Shown piece after piece: positions 60,974-64,000 of a stretch of DNA of 64,000 nt. The notes under the pieces are model-generated. The model ran no database searches. It saw only the letters and a program-made list of their open reading frames with translations, and was not told where the DNA came from. Source of the DNA: an uncultured Alphaproteobacteria bacterium (GTDB taxonomy: Bacteria > Pseudomonadota > Alphaproteobacteria > Rhodobacterales > Rhodobacteraceae). The translations under genes and the position numbers were made by a program. Numbering within the stretch: position 1 is the first letter of the stretch; each line of letters begins with the position of its first letter. The stretch is taken from positions 34,273-98,272 of the forward strand of contig CAJXHI010000006.1 in assembly GCA_913051655.1 (NCBI GenBank), given 5' to 3'.

Positions 60974-63900
60974 TTAAATAATATCTGAGACAATAAACAT
61001 GGAGGCGTCTAGCTCATCTTTAGACACATTCTCAATTAACACCGAGTTGTTTTCACCTAAATTTATGAGAGCACCATCTGACGTATCTGATATGCGCGAT
61101 AAGACACCCGAACCCGAACTGATACTTGTTCCATTTACCAGTGACTTAATCTCAATTTTATCACCGTCTGTGAAATCGGAGACTCTGTCAGTACCAGAGC
61201 TGTCATCAAATATGAAGACATCGTTTCCATCACCTCCGGCCAATATATCAGAACCATCACCTGACGTAATTTCGTCGCTGAAATCTGTACCATCTTGATT
61301 CGTAATCGTATTTAACCCGTCTTGCAGTGAAAAACTGGTAACACTTTCAGAAGCAGTTTCAAGTTCGACTACACCATCGCTAAACTCCAACTTCTCAATT
61401 CCAACCAGAGTATCGACTTCATCATCTTTTGTAACTGTGTATACGTCCAATATTTCATGCACATCGTGAACTATAAACTGATTATCGTTGCTATCAGTTG
61501 CACGGAGAACCTTGACTAATTCCATTGTTGCAGTGTCAAAGTTATCGTCCGCAGATCCAGTGTAAACACTGATGCCATTTTCAGAACCGCCTACAAAATA
61601 GCCTTCTGACGTAGTACCATCGCTCTCAAAAGCCTGCACAACATCTGCGGTTCCGTCGCCATCCCCATCATACGTTTCGCTAACTTTTGCAACGTAAACT
61701 TCGTCTATAGCTGTAAACACTGTAGGCTTATTGCTTACATCAATGTCCTTGTCTGATAGCTCCTTAATCGCACCCTCTTCGACCTCAAGGAGTATGCATT
61801 CACCGCTTTCCGAAACGTATCCTGTACAAAGTACAAAACCGGCCTCTGCGATAGTGAAATCAGCCTGTTCATCCTCGCCAATTTCTCCGTCGCCATCAAC
61901 ATCTGATGACGTTGCTTTGCCCTCAAAAACGGCTGTGTCAAACAAAGCTTCACCTTTGGCGTCAACTCCAGCATCCGCACCACCAAAGATGAAGTCACTG
62001 CCCGCGCCACCTGTGACCATGTCACCACCGTCGCCGGCAGCTATAACATCATCCCCGGAACCACCATCTATATAATCAGTGAGTTTACCTGTCGAAACTA
62101 GATCTTCGTTACCAGTGGTCCCTTTGACAACTGTTTCATCAACAACGCCGTCGTCATCTACATCCAAGTTTGTTGTAAGAACTTCAAGACTTTGAAATCC
62201 ATCTTCATATTCAACGCCTTCAACACCCTTTACGTATACTTTGTATCCTGAAATGTCACTTGTCGTGTAAAGAAGATAGTCGGAATAATTTCCTTCACCG
62301 CTCTCAGAGGACCAAGTTGACTGAGCTCCATCAAGTATAACGATGTCAGTGCCTTCTCCACCATCAATAACGTCAGTTGTAGAGGACGTTGCTTTCCCAG
62401 GTAAAATAAGGTCATCACCTGCTCCCGCTTCGATGGTGTCTGATCCAAAGCCACCATCAATCACGTTATTTGCAGCTAACATATTTTCTGCGACCGCCTC
62501 AGTAACATTGAGTGTTTCTACTAGCCCTGAGCTGGTAAAGCTTTCGCCGGCCAGACCACCAAAGATTTCGGCTACATCAAAAATGCCGTCATAATTGAAG
62601 TCATCATAACGGTGCTCAGCATCAAAGTTTAAGAAACCGTCTTTCAGTTCGATACCTTCAACTTCTGCTACGTAGTCAGTCCCGGTCGTCTCACTTTCAA
62701 ACTTATAGGCTGAAATTGCAGTGAAACCTTCATCTACTTCCGCGTCGGAATACAATTTCACGGCACCATCAGTATCGAGCTGATATTCACCTGTTACGCC
62801 GTCCTTCGCGAAATAACTACCATTTTCCGCAAAAGTTGTGAATTCAGAGAGATTTACATCGAACGCAACAACATCCATTTCAAATTCATTATCATCGCCG
62901 GCTAGAATAAAGTCATCATTCGCGCCGCCGTCGAGGTAGTCGCTGCCTTTACCACCAATCAGAGTGTCGTTACCTGCTTTACCCTCTAACTTATCATCCA
63001 TTTCATCGCCAGTAAGCGCATCAGCAGCACTTGTACCGCGCTGGCCACCAGCATCTGGCAGTCCATCACCGTCAAGATCTACAAAAGTATTGGAGGCTAT
63101 AAAACTGATAAAGTCGTCGTCAAACTGTAAGGCCTCGATCCCGTAAAGTGTATCAGTACCCAATGCAACGCTATCATCACTGCGGGAGTCTGCGACGGTA
63201 ATGTACCCATCTATTTGATAATCGGATGCTACTTCGCCGTCATAGTTATAATAAGTGATTTCGAAGTTTTCACTATCTGCATGAAAGATAGCAACATCTT
63301 CACCAGGGTTACCCCATTCATCGGTTCCATTTTGCCCACCCCGAATAGTGTCGTTTCCAGCGCCACCAATAAAGTGGTCCGGACCACCATTCCCAACTAA
63401 GGTATCAGCTCCAGAACGGCCCTCCATGAAGTCAGATCCAGATGTGCCCTCGATAGTGTCGCCAAAAATACTTCCAAAGTAGTCAGTACCGATGGTGTCG
63501 CCCAAATGATTGGTTCTTTCAAACGCTTCTGTACCAATATTTATTCGCTGATCATTGAATTCCAGAACCTCAACATTGGTTATTGTGTCGGTGCCGTCAC
63601 CATGTTGATCCGAATGGGTTACTGTGATTGTTAGAACGCCATCCACATCTGCGTCTTCAATTTCGTAATCAACGTAGTCACCGTTATAGCGGACAACATC
63701 CACCATAATATGACCAGAATAAGGATCTATCCCGTCTTCTCCACCATCAATAATGTCATCGCCGGCTCCACCTTTGATGAAATCACCGCCTGCGCCACCG
63801 TAAATCGTATCGTTGCCATTGTTCCCGATGAGATCATCATTTCCAGAATAATTATAAGAACCAGCTGTGACAGTGCTAGCATCAGCAACACCAATAATGT

Positions 63901-64000
63901 CATTACCATCGGTGCCGTCCACAAAGGCCCGTACCATCTGACCGGCAGCATTGGTTTCTATGAATTCTTCCACCGCCAAAGCAAGATACTTATCTTGGAA
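60974..64000 (-). CDS. RTX-type calcium-binding protein, type I secretion substrate (5' end beyond or at window edge)
   Basis: At least 1001 aa. The frame stays open from the TTG at 63977-63979 to nt 64000. Repeated GGxGxD nonapeptide blocks are present (GGAGGDFIKGGAGDDIIDGG; GNGGPDHFIGGAGNDTIRGG; GKAGNDTLIGGKGSDYLDGG; GGSGDDVIAAGDGGDMVTGGAGSDFIFGG; SGDGSDILAGGDGNDVFIF). Each block is followed by a D.V.F.G....F/Y...G.E.L.F-type module. The C-terminus is acidic and hydrophobic (...DELDASMFIVSDII). Confidence 0.85.
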   Translation of the reverse strand, partial: FQDKYLALAVEEFIETNAAGQMVRAFVDGTDGNDIIGVADASTVTAGSYNYSGNDDLIGNNGNDTIYGGAGGDFIKGGAGDDIIDGGEDGIDPYSGHIMVDVVRYNGDYVDYEIEDADVDGVLTITVTHSDQHGDGTDTITNVEVLEFNDQRINIGTEAFERTNHLGDTIGTDYFGSIFGDTIEGTSGSDFMEGRSGADTLVGNGGPDHFIGGAGNDTIRGGQNGTDEWGNPGEDVAIFHADSENFEITYYNYDGEVASDYQIDGYITVADSRSDDSVALGTDTLYGIEALQFDDDFISFIASNTFVDLDGDGLPDAGGQRGTSAADALTGDEMDDKLEGKAGNDTLIGGKGSDYLDGGANDDFILAGDDNEFEMDVVAFDVNLSEFTTFAENGSYFAKDGVTGEYQLDTDGAVKLYSDAEVDEGFTAISAYKFESETTGTDYVAEVEGIELKDGFLNFDAEHRYDDFNYDGIFDVAEIFGGLAGESFTSSGLVETLNVTEAVAENMLAANNVIDGGFGSDTIEAGAGDDLILPGKATSSTTDVIDGGEGTDIVILDGAQSTWSSESGEGNYSDYLLYTTSDISGYKVYVKGVEGVEYEDGFQSLEVLTTNLDVDDDGVVDETVVKGTTGNEDLVSTGKLTDYIDGGSGDDVIAAGDGGDMVTGGAGSDFIFGGADAGVDAKGEALFDTAVFEGKATSSDVDGDGEIGEDEQADFTIAEAGFVLCTGYVSESGECILLEVEEGAIKELSDKDIDVSNKPTVFTAIDEVYVAKVSETYDGDGDGTADVVQAFESDGTTSEGYFVGGSENGISVYTGSADDNFDTATMELVKVLRATDSNDNQFIVHDVHEILDVYTVTKDDEVDTLVGIEKLEFSDGVVELETASESVTSFSLQDGLNTITNQDGTDFSDEITSGDGSDILAGGDGNDVFIFDDSSGTDRVSDFTDGDKIEIKSLVNGTSISSGSGVLSRISDTSDGALINLGENNSVLIENVSKDELDASMFIVSDII

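Noticed and set aside
58542-63400. Plus-strand ORFs antisense to the 822-aa and RTX genes (for example 59076-59414, 60999-61298, 61731-62075, 62343-62594)
   Set aside because: This is the same antisense low-complexity artefact. The minus-strand frames carry recognisable RTX, PPC and dockerin-like motifs.

Overview
The window reads as an alphaproteobacterial (Rhodobacterales-like) chromosome segment. This call, like all product calls here, rests on gene content and remembered family motifs; no database search was possible. Four blocks are visible. (1) 25-17128 is one arm of a photosynthesis gene cluster with Rhodobacter-type order: bchZYXC-crtFE on the minus strand, crtDC on the plus strand, tspO-crtBI on the minus strand, and crtA-bchIDO on the plus strand. 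Paired TGT-N12-ACA (PpsR/CrtJ-type) palindromes sit in all three promoter gaps. The cluster stops 23 nt from a histidine-utilisation locus (hutUHI / hutFC). (2) 23.8-27.5 kb is AT-rich and gene-poor. It carries a secreted protein with 18-19 MORN repeats and an orphan ORF. (3) 27.5-50.7 kb is housekeeping: fadB-like plus two acyl-CoA dehydrogenases, hslVU, trxA, addAB, murU/amgK-like, tsaE, the regB-senC-regA redox module, a CoA-transferase/hotdog hydratase pair and an Fe-alcohol dehydrogenase. Two decayed stretches interrupt it: a fragmented-ORF spacer at 42.9-44.0 kb and a 2Fe-2S subunit remnant near 49.1-49.4 kb. (4) From about 50.75 kb to the window end the DNA becomes visibly AT-richer. 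This block has decayed toxin-antitoxin remnants and a TolC-like lipoprotein gene. It also holds a tightly packed minus-strand operon of three giant acidic proteins: an RTX protein open at the window edge, an 822-aa PPC/Calx-like protein with a duplicated dockerin-like C-terminus, and a 1418-aa lipobox-bearing cadherin-like protein. That last locus is the best candidate for something not yet described, namely a Ca-dependent surface assembly that may be tethered by a cohesin/dockerin-like contact. I recognised no rRNA, tRNA, CRISPR array, integrase or intact transposase.
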